Below are positions 8,247 to 16,252 of a DNA stretch of 60,502 bases, piece by piece. The position numbers and the translations under genes were made by a program. The stretch covers positions 1 to 60,502 of the forward strand of contig JBEGVZ010000075.1 of the NCBI GenBank assembly GCA_041178085.1, given 5' to 3'. The first letter of the stretch is position 1. The number at the start of each line of letters is the position of its first letter. The notes under the pieces are model-generated. The model was not told where the DNA came from. It was given only the letters and a program-made list of their open reading frames with translations, and searched no databases. The stretch is from Pseudomonadota bacterium. GTDB lineage: Bacteria; Bdellovibrionota_B; Oligoflexia; Oligoflexales; RGVZ01.

Positions 8247-9533
8247 TTGGACCAGAAAAATAACGAATTGCCGCTGCCAGAGATCGTCCGCCCCGTAAAC
8301 TTCGATGAAGTTGCCGGGCAGGACCACATCTGGGGAACGAATGCGCCTTTGCGACGCATGGCAGAGCAGGATCGCCTTGGATCTTGGATTTTTTGGGGAC
8401 CGCCGGGTTGTGGCAAAACGACCCTCGCGTCCGTGATTGGTCGCTCGTCGCAACGCAAGCTGGTGGTTTTGTCTGCTGTCAGTGCTGGCGTGAAAGATCT
8501 ACGCGAGGCAATTTCAGCCTCCCAGGACGAAGTCGAGGCGGGTTGCAAAGCCCATCTTTTGTTTTTGGATGAGATCCATCGCTTGAGCAAGAACCAGCAA
8601 GACGTGCTGTTACCGGCTCTTGAATCTGGTGTGATCAAATTCATCGGGGCGACCACAGAGAATCCTTCCTTTGAAGTGAACGCTGCAGTCAACTCGCGCA
8701 GCATCATCTTTCGCTTTCAAAAGGTCAGCGAAGACGCGCTGCTGGTGATTTTGCGCCGGGCGTTGCATCGCGCCCCAAGTGCTTGCCCGCGCAATGACGT
8801 CGCGGAAGATGTGTTGCAGGCGATTGCCCGGTCGAGTGCCGGCGATGCGCGCCGTGCACTCAACCTGCTTGAGGCGGTCGCCGTTGCAGCGCCCGCAGAT
8901 GTGTCCCCGGTGGATATGGCTGCCCTGAAGTCGATGGGGGATACGTTTGCGTTGATCTACGACAAAAAGGGTGACCAGCACTACGATACCATCAGCGCCT
9001 TCATCAAATGCATCCGTGCGGGTCAGCCCGATGCTGCATTGCATTACCTGGCGCGCATGCTGGACGCGGGCGAGGATGTTTTGTTCATCGCACGGCGTCT
9101 GGTGATTGCAGCAAGTGAAGATGTGGGCAACGCTTCGCCGATGGGGCTGGTGATGGCACAGACAGGCTTCGATGCCGTGCATCAGATCGGCATGCCGGAA
9201 GCCAGGATTGTCCTGGCCCAAGTGACGACCTTCCTTGCATCATCGCAGAAGAGCAATCGGTCATATGTTGCGATCAACAAAGCGCTGGAAGATGTGCGGG
9301 AATTCGGCGCCCTTGAAATTCCCATGGCCCTGCGCAATGCGCCGACGGAACTCATGAAGTCGATGGGCTACGGCAAGGGTTATGCCTATGCCCACGATGA
9401 TCCTGCGGGTGCGGCGGGCATGGAGTATCTGCCCTCGCAGCTCAAAGGGCGGCGTTACTACATCCCGTCCGGAAATGGGCACGAAAAAGTTCTCGCAGGT
9501 AACTTGCAGGGTTCGCAACCTTCACGGGACTAG
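8247..9533 (+). CDS. rarA: Replication-associated recombination protein A (RarA/MgsA) AAA+ ATPase
   Basis: GPPGCGKTT, DEIHR, GATTENPSF, HYDTISAFIK, ASEDVGNA, LRNAPT.LMK.MGYG.GY.YAHD. Confidence 0.96.
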   Translation: MDQKNNELPLPEIVRPVNFDEVAGQDHIWGTNAPLRRMAEQDRLGSWIFWGPPGCGKTTLASVIGRSSQRKLVVLSAVSAGVKDLREAISASQDEVEAGCKAHLLFLDEIHRLSKNQQDVLLPALESGVIKFIGATTENPSFEVNAAVNSRSIIFRFQKVSEDALLVILRRALHRAPSACPRNDVAEDVLQAIARSSAGDARRALNLLEAVAVAAPADVSPVDMAALKSMGDTFALIYDKKGDQHYDTISAFIKCIRAGQPDAALHYLARMLDAGEDVLFIARRLVIAASEDVGNASPMGLVMAQTGFDAVHQIGMPEARIVLAQVTTFLASSQKSNRSYVAINKALEDVREFGALEIPMALRNAPTELMKSMGYGKGYAYAHDDPAGAAGMEYLPSQLKGRRYYIPSGNGHEKVLAGNLQGSQPSRD

Positions 9534-9562
9534 GTATTCGTAGCAGGATTGCCGGTGAAAGC

Positions 9563-9600
9563 TGGAAAGCTCGTCTTTCGCGGAGCTTTCCATTTTATTT
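9563..9600 (+). terminator. Intrinsic terminator of rarA
   Basis: 10-bp stem TGGAAAGCTC / GAGCTTTCCA followed by TTTTATTT. Confidence 0.85.
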
Positions 9601-9835
9601 GCCGGTAGCGGCTTTAAAGACAAGGTCGGCGGTGGATTTGGCGCGCGCCAAAAGCCTCTAGATGAGGACTCACCATAACCAGTGATTGTGTTCCATGATT
9701 GAACGCTCGCTTTCAAAAACAAGAATATATACGGGTATTTAGATCCAGATCCGGGATGGCTTCGCAAACCTGGCTAAAGAACCTGTGCCAAGTGATCGAT
9801 GAACAATTTAGGGTGTTGAAAAGAAGGGGTTTTCG

Positions 9836-10483
9836 TTGACTCTGGACGAACGTTACCAACTCCGAAAATGGCTCGCCGACGGCGGGCCGGCGGAAGTCAT
9901 TTTGATTGGCGCGAGCACCGGCGGCCCCGATGCTTTGACGGCGCTCCTGCGTGGCATGCCGAAAGATTGCCCTCCCATCGTCGTGGTCCAGCACATCGCT
10001 CCCGCGATGGTCGCTGGATTTGCGCAGCGACTGGCCAGGACTGCCGGCCTGCAGCTTGGTGAAAGCAAGACGGGAACATTGTTGCGCCGCGGGTACATTT
10101 ATCTGTCGCTTGATTCATCGCACATCGGTGTCCGCAAGGGGCTCAGTGGACCGATCATTGTTATGGATGACGGGCCAGCCGAAGGTGGACACCGTCCAAG
10201 CGTCGATCACATGTTTCATGATGCAGCCAAGTATCTGCACGATGTCCGGGTTTTTGCAGCCCTGTTGACTGGCATGGGGCGTGATGGCGCAGATGGCCTC
10301 AAGCTCCTTCACGATCATGGGGCTTACACAGTAGCCCAGGATGAGGCCTCTTGCGCAGTCTTTGGCATGCCAAAGGAAGCTGTCCGGCTTGGCGCAGTGA
10401 GGGCAGTCGGGAACATTTCCTACATCCGCCACTGGATGGAGTATGCAGCTGGTTTGACCAAACGTTTGCTGAAGGTCGCATAA
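9836..10483 (+). CDS. cheB: Stand-alone CheB methylesterase domain (no receiver domain)
   Basis: IGASTGGP, VVQH, HRPSVD, LTGMGRDGA, AQDE..C.VFGMP; in-frame TAG at 9809 excludes an N-terminal REC domain. Confidence 0.88.
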   Translation: MTLDERYQLRKWLADGGPAEVILIGASTGGPDALTALLRGMPKDCPPIVVVQHIAPAMVAGFAQRLARTAGLQLGESKTGTLLRRGYIYLSLDSSHIGVRKGLSGPIIVMDDGPAEGGHRPSVDHMFHDAAKYLHDVRVFAALLTGMGRDGADGLKLLHDHGAYTVAQDEASCAVFGMPKEAVRLGAVRAVGNISYIRHWMEYAAGLTKRLLKVA

Positions 10484-10526
10484 ACGCGAAGCAATAACGG
10501 CACGAATGCCCCCGGGAGTAGCCAAC

Positions 10527-11792
10527 ATGAAAAATTCTCTGGCGATGATGATGGCAGGCTCCGCAAGCGCGGCATTATGTCTGTTGGGCTGTGGTGGCCC
10601 GGTCAATGACGAACGGGTGGTATCCAATATTTCACTGACCGCGTCAGAACTTGGCGGGACCTATTCGGGTGCGTTCAGTGCTTCGAGCGGCACGCCCCAA
10701 CTGATGTCAATTTCCTCGGGGTCACTGAGTGGGTCTTCCATCATGATCCCACCGGGAGCCTTGAGCATTAATCTTTCTGTTTCTGTCTCCAGCTCCACCA
10801 GCCTGGCAACTTCGGCGCAGGCAGGGGATCTTGGCATATCAGGTGTGACGTTGAGTGCGGCAGGTCCCGCGGTCAACTTTGCGCCATCGAGTGATGTGGA
10901 ACTAAGCCAGCCGATGCTGCTCAGTATTCCTCTGTTATCGAGTGGACTTTGGCTTGATGATTCCAGCGAAAACATGGCTGTGGTTTACAAAGCCATCAGC
11001 ATCAAGGATGGCGCCACTGAAATCCTGTCTGGACTGATCCCGCGCTCTGAACTTGTCATTGCCGGTAATGCGGTGAAGTTCAAGACATTAAAGTTTGGCG
11101 CATTCCAGGTCGTCAAGACGAGCGTGAAAGTTGAAGCGGCGATTTCAAAACCGTCCAGTGACAAGATTGGTTCGATTCCAGGGATCGAGCTGGTGGGGAC
11201 GTGGGAGGATTGCCGTCTGCAAAGTAGCGGCGGTAGCTTTTGGTTCGAGAAAGAAACGTTCGCGATCAAGTCCGATGGTACCTTTGAGCATGAGATGTTG
11301 AGGAGTACGCCCTCTGCTAATAGTCCCTCCAACTGTGCGACGCCTTCCTACCCGGCTACGCTGGACATTCGTCAAAATATTACCGGCAAGTTTGGGGCGG
11401 GCGCGGTTCTTGATTCCGTGACGGTGCCTTCTGGTGCTTCGTCTAAGGCGAGAGAGCTCGATTTCAGCATTAGTTCTCTGAACCTGACCCCTTTGAATTC
11501 ATCCATATCTTATCAACTAAATAATGGTATAGGCGGCGACCAGCCGGCATGTGGTGTTTACTGGTCAGAAGGTACATCTGTGAACTTACAGGACTCCACT
11601 TGTGCCTACGAGGTACTCAATCCAAATTCGGATAAAGGGCATATGGCTGTCGGAGACCAATACCTGACGATCTACGCGATCGGTAAAACCACCGCCGGCG
11701 TGCGTATGCTCTACATGGGCGAGGAAGAAGATCAAGACACCCGCCCAAGCACATTTGGCTCAGAGCCTCGTGCCATTCCAGAAGTCAAATAA
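10527..11792 (+). CDS. Lipoprotein with ZU5-like N-terminal domain and Cys-containing beta-rich C-terminal domain
   Basis: Lipobox LLGC; IMIPPGAL..GPAV.F.P...LSQPMLLSIP resembles ZU5 (inference); LVGTW-type start of the second domain. Confidence 0.7.
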   Translation: MKNSLAMMMAGSASAALCLLGCGGPVNDERVVSNISLTASELGGTYSGAFSASSGTPQLMSISSGSLSGSSIMIPPGALSINLSVSVSSSTSLATSAQAGDLGISGVTLSAAGPAVNFAPSSDVELSQPMLLSIPLLSSGLWLDDSSENMAVVYKAISIKDGATEILSGLIPRSELVIAGNAVKFKTLKFGAFQVVKTSVKVEAAISKPSSDKIGSIPGIELVGTWEDCRLQSSGGSFWFEKETFAIKSDGTFEHEMLRSTPSANSPSNCATPSYPATLDIRQNITGKFGAGAVLDSVTVPSGASSKARELDFSISSLNLTPLNSSISYQLNNGIGGDQPACGVYWSEGTSVNLQDSTCAYEVLNPNSDKGHMAVGDQYLTIYAIGKTTAGVRMLYMGEEEDQDTRPSTFGSEPRAIPEVK

Positions 11793-11804
11793 AGCAACGG
11801 ACCG

Positions 11805-12404
11805 TCACTTGGTGCAGCGAATGATCGTCGCCGGCGGGAAGTTAAGCCATACAGAAGACGTCTCCACACGGCTGAATCGCCCCCCCAGCATCGCCATCAT
11901 CTTTCGCATCTTGGGCATCATCAGTGTGTGCGTGTAAACAAACTGCCGGTATTCGCCGCCTTGCCTCAAGATTTTGTGAGTCGATTCAAATAAAGAAGCC
12001 AACACATCCACCGGCATGATTGAGCACGGCAACCCCGACACCACCAAATCCACTTCACCCGCTCGGGCAAGAATTTCTTCGGCGATGTCCTGAGCGTAGC
12101 CTGGAATGATTTCGATTTCGAAACCAGCTTCCTGCAAATGCTTGCGAAAGGTGGCGTTGGGTTCGGCGGCCAGATAACGCGTATCGGCTGGGAGCAGGTC
12201 GACGAGCGCAGCGGTGATGGCCCCGGTACCCGGACCGTATTCGACCACCGTCCTTGCGCCCATTTTTTCGGCTCCGGCGATCAAACATTGGACCAGCTTC
12301 TTAGAGGACGGAATCACCGATGCAACTTCAGTGGGCCGCTGCAGAAACTGACGCAGGAAAACGAGGCGGCTTTTGGCTTCGTCATGAGGTTTGCGCGGTG
12401 TCAT
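11805..12404 (-). CDS. Phospholipid N-methyltransferase-like SAM-dependent methyltransferase (PmtA type)
   Basis: FL..P..VASVIPSS, VVEYGPGTG, VVSGLP, QFVY, WLNFPPA. Confidence 0.85.
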   Translation of the reverse strand: MTPRKPHDEAKSRLVFLRQFLQRPTEVASVIPSSKKLVQCLIAGAEKMGARTVVEYGPGTGAITAALVDLLPADTRYLAAEPNATFRKHLQEAGFEIEIIPGYAQDIAEEILARAGEVDLVVSGLPCSIMPVDVLASLFESTHKILRQGGEYRQFVYTHTLMMPKMRKMMAMLGGRFSRVETSSVWLNFPPATIIRCTK

Positions 12405-12423
12405 CAACGCGGCCCTTGGCGTT

Positions 12424-13569
12424 TCAAAGGGACAGGCTCGCGCCGGCAACCAAGGCCATCTCCAGCCCGGCCGACGGATCGACAGCACGCAGCAGGCTGG
12501 ACTTCAGGTCGGCGGTTGAAACATCTTGCGTGGTGTTGACGGTGCCAGTGACCGACGAGGTGACAGAGAATGGCACAGCCAGCACGAAATCCCCCGTAAA
12601 GTCCACGCCCATGAATTTGTAGCGTGCCCCGGTCGTCAACTCGACGGCAGGTGCCGATGCAATGACGGTACCGTCTACGATCTTCATCGTGGCCGCGCCC
12701 TTGACCTCGGACGTCACTTTTATAGTTGAACGCCTCAACCCAAGCCCGGCACTGGCCCTCCAGCCGATCACATCGGTCATGTTGCGATCCGTGCCGTACC
12801 AGACTGCCGCACCCAGATGGCTGACTGAAGTCGACGATTCGACGTAAGAGTTGACGTCGGTCAGGTCGTAATCGTTTTTGTAAGATACAGGACTCGTCAT
12901 TGCCCATGACAACCTGACGCCAAGGAAGTTTTGTGGATTCAAGAATGCAGTTCCCCACGAGAAGCGAAGGCCCAGCGGGGCAATGTTGAGCGTGTCACGT
13001 GCCTGGAATGGATCATTGTTGGTCTCGCGTGGGAGCGCCGCGAAAGACACACTGTTGGCTGCAATCGCCGGGCTCAGCTGCAACAGGTAACCCGCATCGA
13101 TTTTTTGCCCGCCAGGAAACCAGTTGGTGGGTGTTGTTTCAGGCGGAGCCGGGTGGGCTTCTGTTGGGTCTTCTTCCGTGGCGGTCTGGTCTTCCGCTGG
13201 CGACGCCTCAAGCGGGTTTTTCATCACCACTTGGGATCCCATGGACACTTCGGTCTCAAATTCCTGGGGAATGTAAAAAGCCGCCGCACGGGTGCGGACG
13301 TTTACCACCGGGGAACAAAAGAGGCGTTCCTTTTTGCTTCCTGCTTTCAGCACACACACTTCTGTCTGCAGCTGTATGCCATGGGAAGTGCCCCCTGACA
13401 TGACCGCGTAAGGTCCGGTTTGGTTCCGCTCCATGACCAGTACGGAGAAAACTCCGGCCTCGTTGCCGGCAGCCAGCGACGGCACCGCCAAACCAAGGCA
13501 TGCCGCAAAGACCAGGCATGCGCAGGCCGCCGGGCCACATGTCCAAAGCTTTTGACCGCCGCTTACCAT
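12424..13569 (-). CDS. Secreted hypothetical protein with probable C-terminal outer-membrane beta-barrel
   Basis: Signal peptide; small Cys-pair beta domain; Pro/Glu/Thr linker; amphipathic strands to the terminal AGASLSL. Confidence 0.65.
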   Translation of the reverse strand: MVSGGQKLWTCGPAACACLVFAACLGLAVPSLAAGNEAGVFSVLVMERNQTGPYAVMSGGTSHGIQLQTEVCVLKAGSKKERLFCSPVVNVRTRAAAFYIPQEFETEVSMGSQVVMKNPLEASPAEDQTATEEDPTEAHPAPPETTPTNWFPGGQKIDAGYLLQLSPAIAANSVSFAALPRETNNDPFQARDTLNIAPLGLRFSWGTAFLNPQNFLGVRLSWAMTSPVSYKNDYDLTDVNSYVESSTSVSHLGAAVWYGTDRNMTDVIGWRASAGLGLRRSTIKVTSEVKGAATMKIVDGTVIASAPAVELTTGARYKFMGVDFTGDFVLAVPFSVTSSVTGTVNTTQDVSTADLKSSLLRAVDPSAGLEMALVAGASLSL

Positions 13570-14858
13570 GTGGCCTCTGCCATCACGAAAAGATGATTAC
13601 CCATCGGCATGCTGCCGTAATCCTTCTGAACGTCCTTGTCGACGTAATGAAGCGTCACGTCCGCCCCAAGGCCTGTGGTCAAAATTTTATTGGACAGCGC
13701 GCTGACCTCCAGGAAGCTGCCCAAAGTCAGGGCGTTGATGCGGTGCACAGTTTCGTCGCTCTCGCCGCCTTTGTCTTTAAGATCAAGGCCGTGTTTGTCG
13801 ACGGATTCAAATCGCCCGTAGAAAAACAAACCATCACCCCAGGTCAGGTCCGTTTCGGCAAGCCAGGACCGGTTGACAGGAAATGCCTCGCCGTCCCCTT
13901 GGTCTGCGTCCGGTTCAAGGGATGCATTGAAATCTTCGTTTGCCAGCCTTTGCGTCGATCCGAAGATAAAGCTGGTGGCGTGCTGGAACGAACCTTTGTC
14001 GCCGGATTGCCAGTGCAAAGACGCCGTGGTCCGGCGCTGGTCACCTGGTTCAAGCACCTCCGGCGACTTCAGCACACCCGTGGACGTCTGAGCCTTCAGG
14101 CCCTCCCATAAGTGCAAGGTGATGCGAGTCGACCAGGAATCCATCTTGCCTTTGTCGATCTTGGTGCGGTTTTCGTCCGGTTCGCGGCCATTGAACTGCG
14201 AAAGTTCCGCTTCGACAATGTCCACCCGGACCCCGGCGTTCAAGACGCCCATCGAAACGTGAGTGGAGTCCTGGTAGTGATGCCCGAGCGGTGCCCACGG
14301 CAAATGCCGCGCTGAAGCACGGTGCATGAAGGGGTCGGGACCCAGGGCCGGCGAACCCACAGGCCCCCCTTGAACGAACACTCCGCTGCCCTTGCCGCCG
14401 AGCGGGAAAATGATTTTTTCCGTGATTTCCATCCAGACATCGTGCGGGTGCTGGCGGTCCAGCAAGGGTTTGTCATCGTACGTTTCGCCCGCCTGGAAGA
14501 GCTGTGGGGCCCCGCCTTTGGGCAGCGTCCAAGGTTCCAGGGTGGTCATGATGTGCGGCTCGACATTGATCGGGCCGAAGCTCCCCCGATAGACCATCAT
14601 TTGAAAGTTTTCGCTGGAACCCGCCGTTGCCCCGCGCGGTCCGCCTTGCCGGTTGTAGCCGGCCACCTGCCGGATATGAAAGGTGAATCCCTCGCTTTCA
14701 TGCTCCGCATGGCTGGCGGGTTGACGGTGGCCATGCAGTTCCATCTGGGCGAAAGCAGCTGGGGAGGCCAGCAAAGCAAAGGCAGGAAAAGCAAGCCGGA
14801 CGGGCAGGGCAGCAACACTGGATGTTGGACGGACCATTTGGATGCGCGCTCCGGGCAT
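13563..14858 (-). CDS. His-motif outer-membrane beta-barrel protein (DRQHPHD / HHYQDSTH type), putative metal-related
   Basis: Signal peptide; His-rich N-terminus; DRQHPHD, ALGP.PFMHR, GHHYQDSTH, FNGREPDE; terminal W. Confidence 0.75.
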   Translation of the reverse strand: MPGARIQMVRPTSSVAALPVRLAFPAFALLASPAAFAQMELHGHRQPASHAEHESEGFTFHIRQVAGYNRQGGPRGATAGSSENFQMMVYRGSFGPINVEPHIMTTLEPWTLPKGGAPQLFQAGETYDDKPLLDRQHPHDVWMEITEKIIFPLGGKGSGVFVQGGPVGSPALGPDPFMHRASARHLPWAPLGHHYQDSTHVSMGVLNAGVRVDIVEAELSQFNGREPDENRTKIDKGKMDSWSTRITLHLWEGLKAQTSTGVLKSPEVLEPGDQRRTTASLHWQSGDKGSFQHATSFIFGSTQRLANEDFNASLEPDADQGDGEAFPVNRSWLAETDLTWGDGLFFYGRFESVDKHGLDLKDKGGESDETVHRINALTLGSFLEVSALSNKILTTGLGADVTLHYVDKDVQKDYGSMPMGNHLFVMAEATW

Positions 14859-14929
14859 GTTAGAAGATTATGGCAAGAATTTTAGCCCAGTCCGGGCGCT
14901 CGTTCCATAACTAACGCGGGGTTTTCTCT

Positions 14930-16174
14930 GTGAATCCGGTTTCGATGTCCCATTCGTCCTCTGGGTTGTCCTCGGAACACCTGATGCACCTTGAAGAGCA
15001 GCACGGTGCCCACAATTACCATCCGCTGCCGGTTGTCCTCTCAAAAGGGCAGGGCGCCTGTCTGTGGAGTCCCGAGGGCAAACGTTATCTGGATTTCCTG
15101 AGCGCCTATTCCGCCGTGAATCAGGGACATTGCCATCCCAAGATCATTGCCGCCCTGGTGGAGCAAGCCAGCAAGTTGACCCTGACTTCGCGTGCCTTCT
15201 ACAACGACTGCCTTGGCCCCTACGAAAAATACATCACCGAGTATTTCGGCTACGACCGCGTCCTGCCGATGAACACGGGAGTCGAGGGCGGCGAGACTGC
15301 CGTCAAGCTTTGCCGGAAGTGGGGCTATCAGAAGAAAAAAATACCGGCCGACAAGGCGCGGATCATTTTTGCTCGTGGGAATTTCTGGGGCCGGACCCTG
15401 TCGGCAATTTCAACCTCCACCGATCCCACAAGTCGCAACGAATTCGGCCCCTTCACCCCCGGTTTCGACTTGATTCCTTATGACGACCTGGATGCCGCAG
15501 CAGCTGTCCTCAAAGACCCCAATGTGGCTGGCATCATGCTGGAGCCCATTCAGGGCGAGGCAGGTGTGGTCGTCCCCCGCGATGGATACCTGCGTGGGAT
15601 CCGGGAACTCTGCACGCGCCACAACGTCCTGATGATCGCCGATGAAGTCCAGACCGGGATCGCCCGCACGGGTCGCATGCTCGCCTGTGACCATGAAGAC
15701 GTCCGCCCCGACATCGTGATTCTGGGCAAGGCGCTTTCTGGCGGTGTGATGCCAGTCTCGGCAGTTCTGGCTGACGACGAAGTGATGCTCTGCTTGAAGC
15801 CAGGGGAGCACGGTTCCACTTTTGGTGGCAATCCACTTGCTTGCAAAGTAGCAATGGCCGCCCTTCAAGTGGTCAAAGATGAGGACCTTTGTGGTCGCGC
15901 TGCCCGGGCCGGAGAAAAATTCCGCAGCCGCCTGAGCGATTCCATCGGCAAGTTCTCGTGGGTTCAAGGGATTCGCGGCAAGGGCCTGCTTAACGCCGTT
16001 GTCGTGGACCCCAAACACAAAACCAGCGCGTGGGATATCTGCATGAAAATGGCTGGGCTTGGCCTCCTCGCCAAGCCGACCCATGACCATATTATTCGTT
16101 TTGCCCCGCCGCTGGTCATCAGTGATGCAGAGCTTGACGAGGGCATCGCCATCATCGAAAGAGCTTTTGCTTGA
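14930..16174 (+). CDS. rocD: Ornithine--oxo-acid aminotransferase
   Basis: [59 protein letters not shown]. Start 14930 (GTG) or 14945. Confidence 0.96.
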   Translation: MNPVSMSHSSSGLSSEHLMHLEEQHGAHNYHPLPVVLSKGQGACLWSPEGKRYLDFLSAYSAVNQGHCHPKIIAALVEQASKLTLTSRAFYNDCLGPYEKYITEYFGYDRVLPMNTGVEGGETAVKLCRKWGYQKKKIPADKARIIFARGNFWGRTLSAISTSTDPTSRNEFGPFTPGFDLIPYDDLDAAAAVLKDPNVAGIMLEPIQGEAGVVVPRDGYLRGIRELCTRHNVLMIADEVQTGIARTGRMLACDHEDVRPDIVILGKALSGGVMPVSAVLADDEVMLCLKPGEHGSTFGGNPLACKVAMAALQVVKDEDLCGRAARAGEKFRSRLSDSIGKFSWVQGIRGKGLLNAVVVDPKHKTSAWDICMKMAGLGLLAKPTHDHIIRFAPPLVISDAELDEGIAIIERAFA

Positions 16175-16200
16175 ACGGGAGCCAAACCAAACGCTGAGTC

Positions 16201-16216
16201 TGGCCCGCAGTTTGCA
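16201..16216 (+). promoter_or_regulatory. sigma54 (-24/-12) promoter of the PAS hybrid kinase
   Basis: TGGCCC-GCAGT-TTGCA with GG-N10-GC spacing, ~37 nt before the start. Confidence 0.65.
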
Positions 16217-16252
16217 TAAGCGCCTCCGGTTTTATGGCCGGGGGACACACCT

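Noticed and set aside
9637..9652. Perfect 16-bp palindrome TTTGGCGCGCGCCAAA
   Set aside because: Low-complexity GC core, single copy seen, and no -12 element at sigma54 spacing; cannot assign a function.
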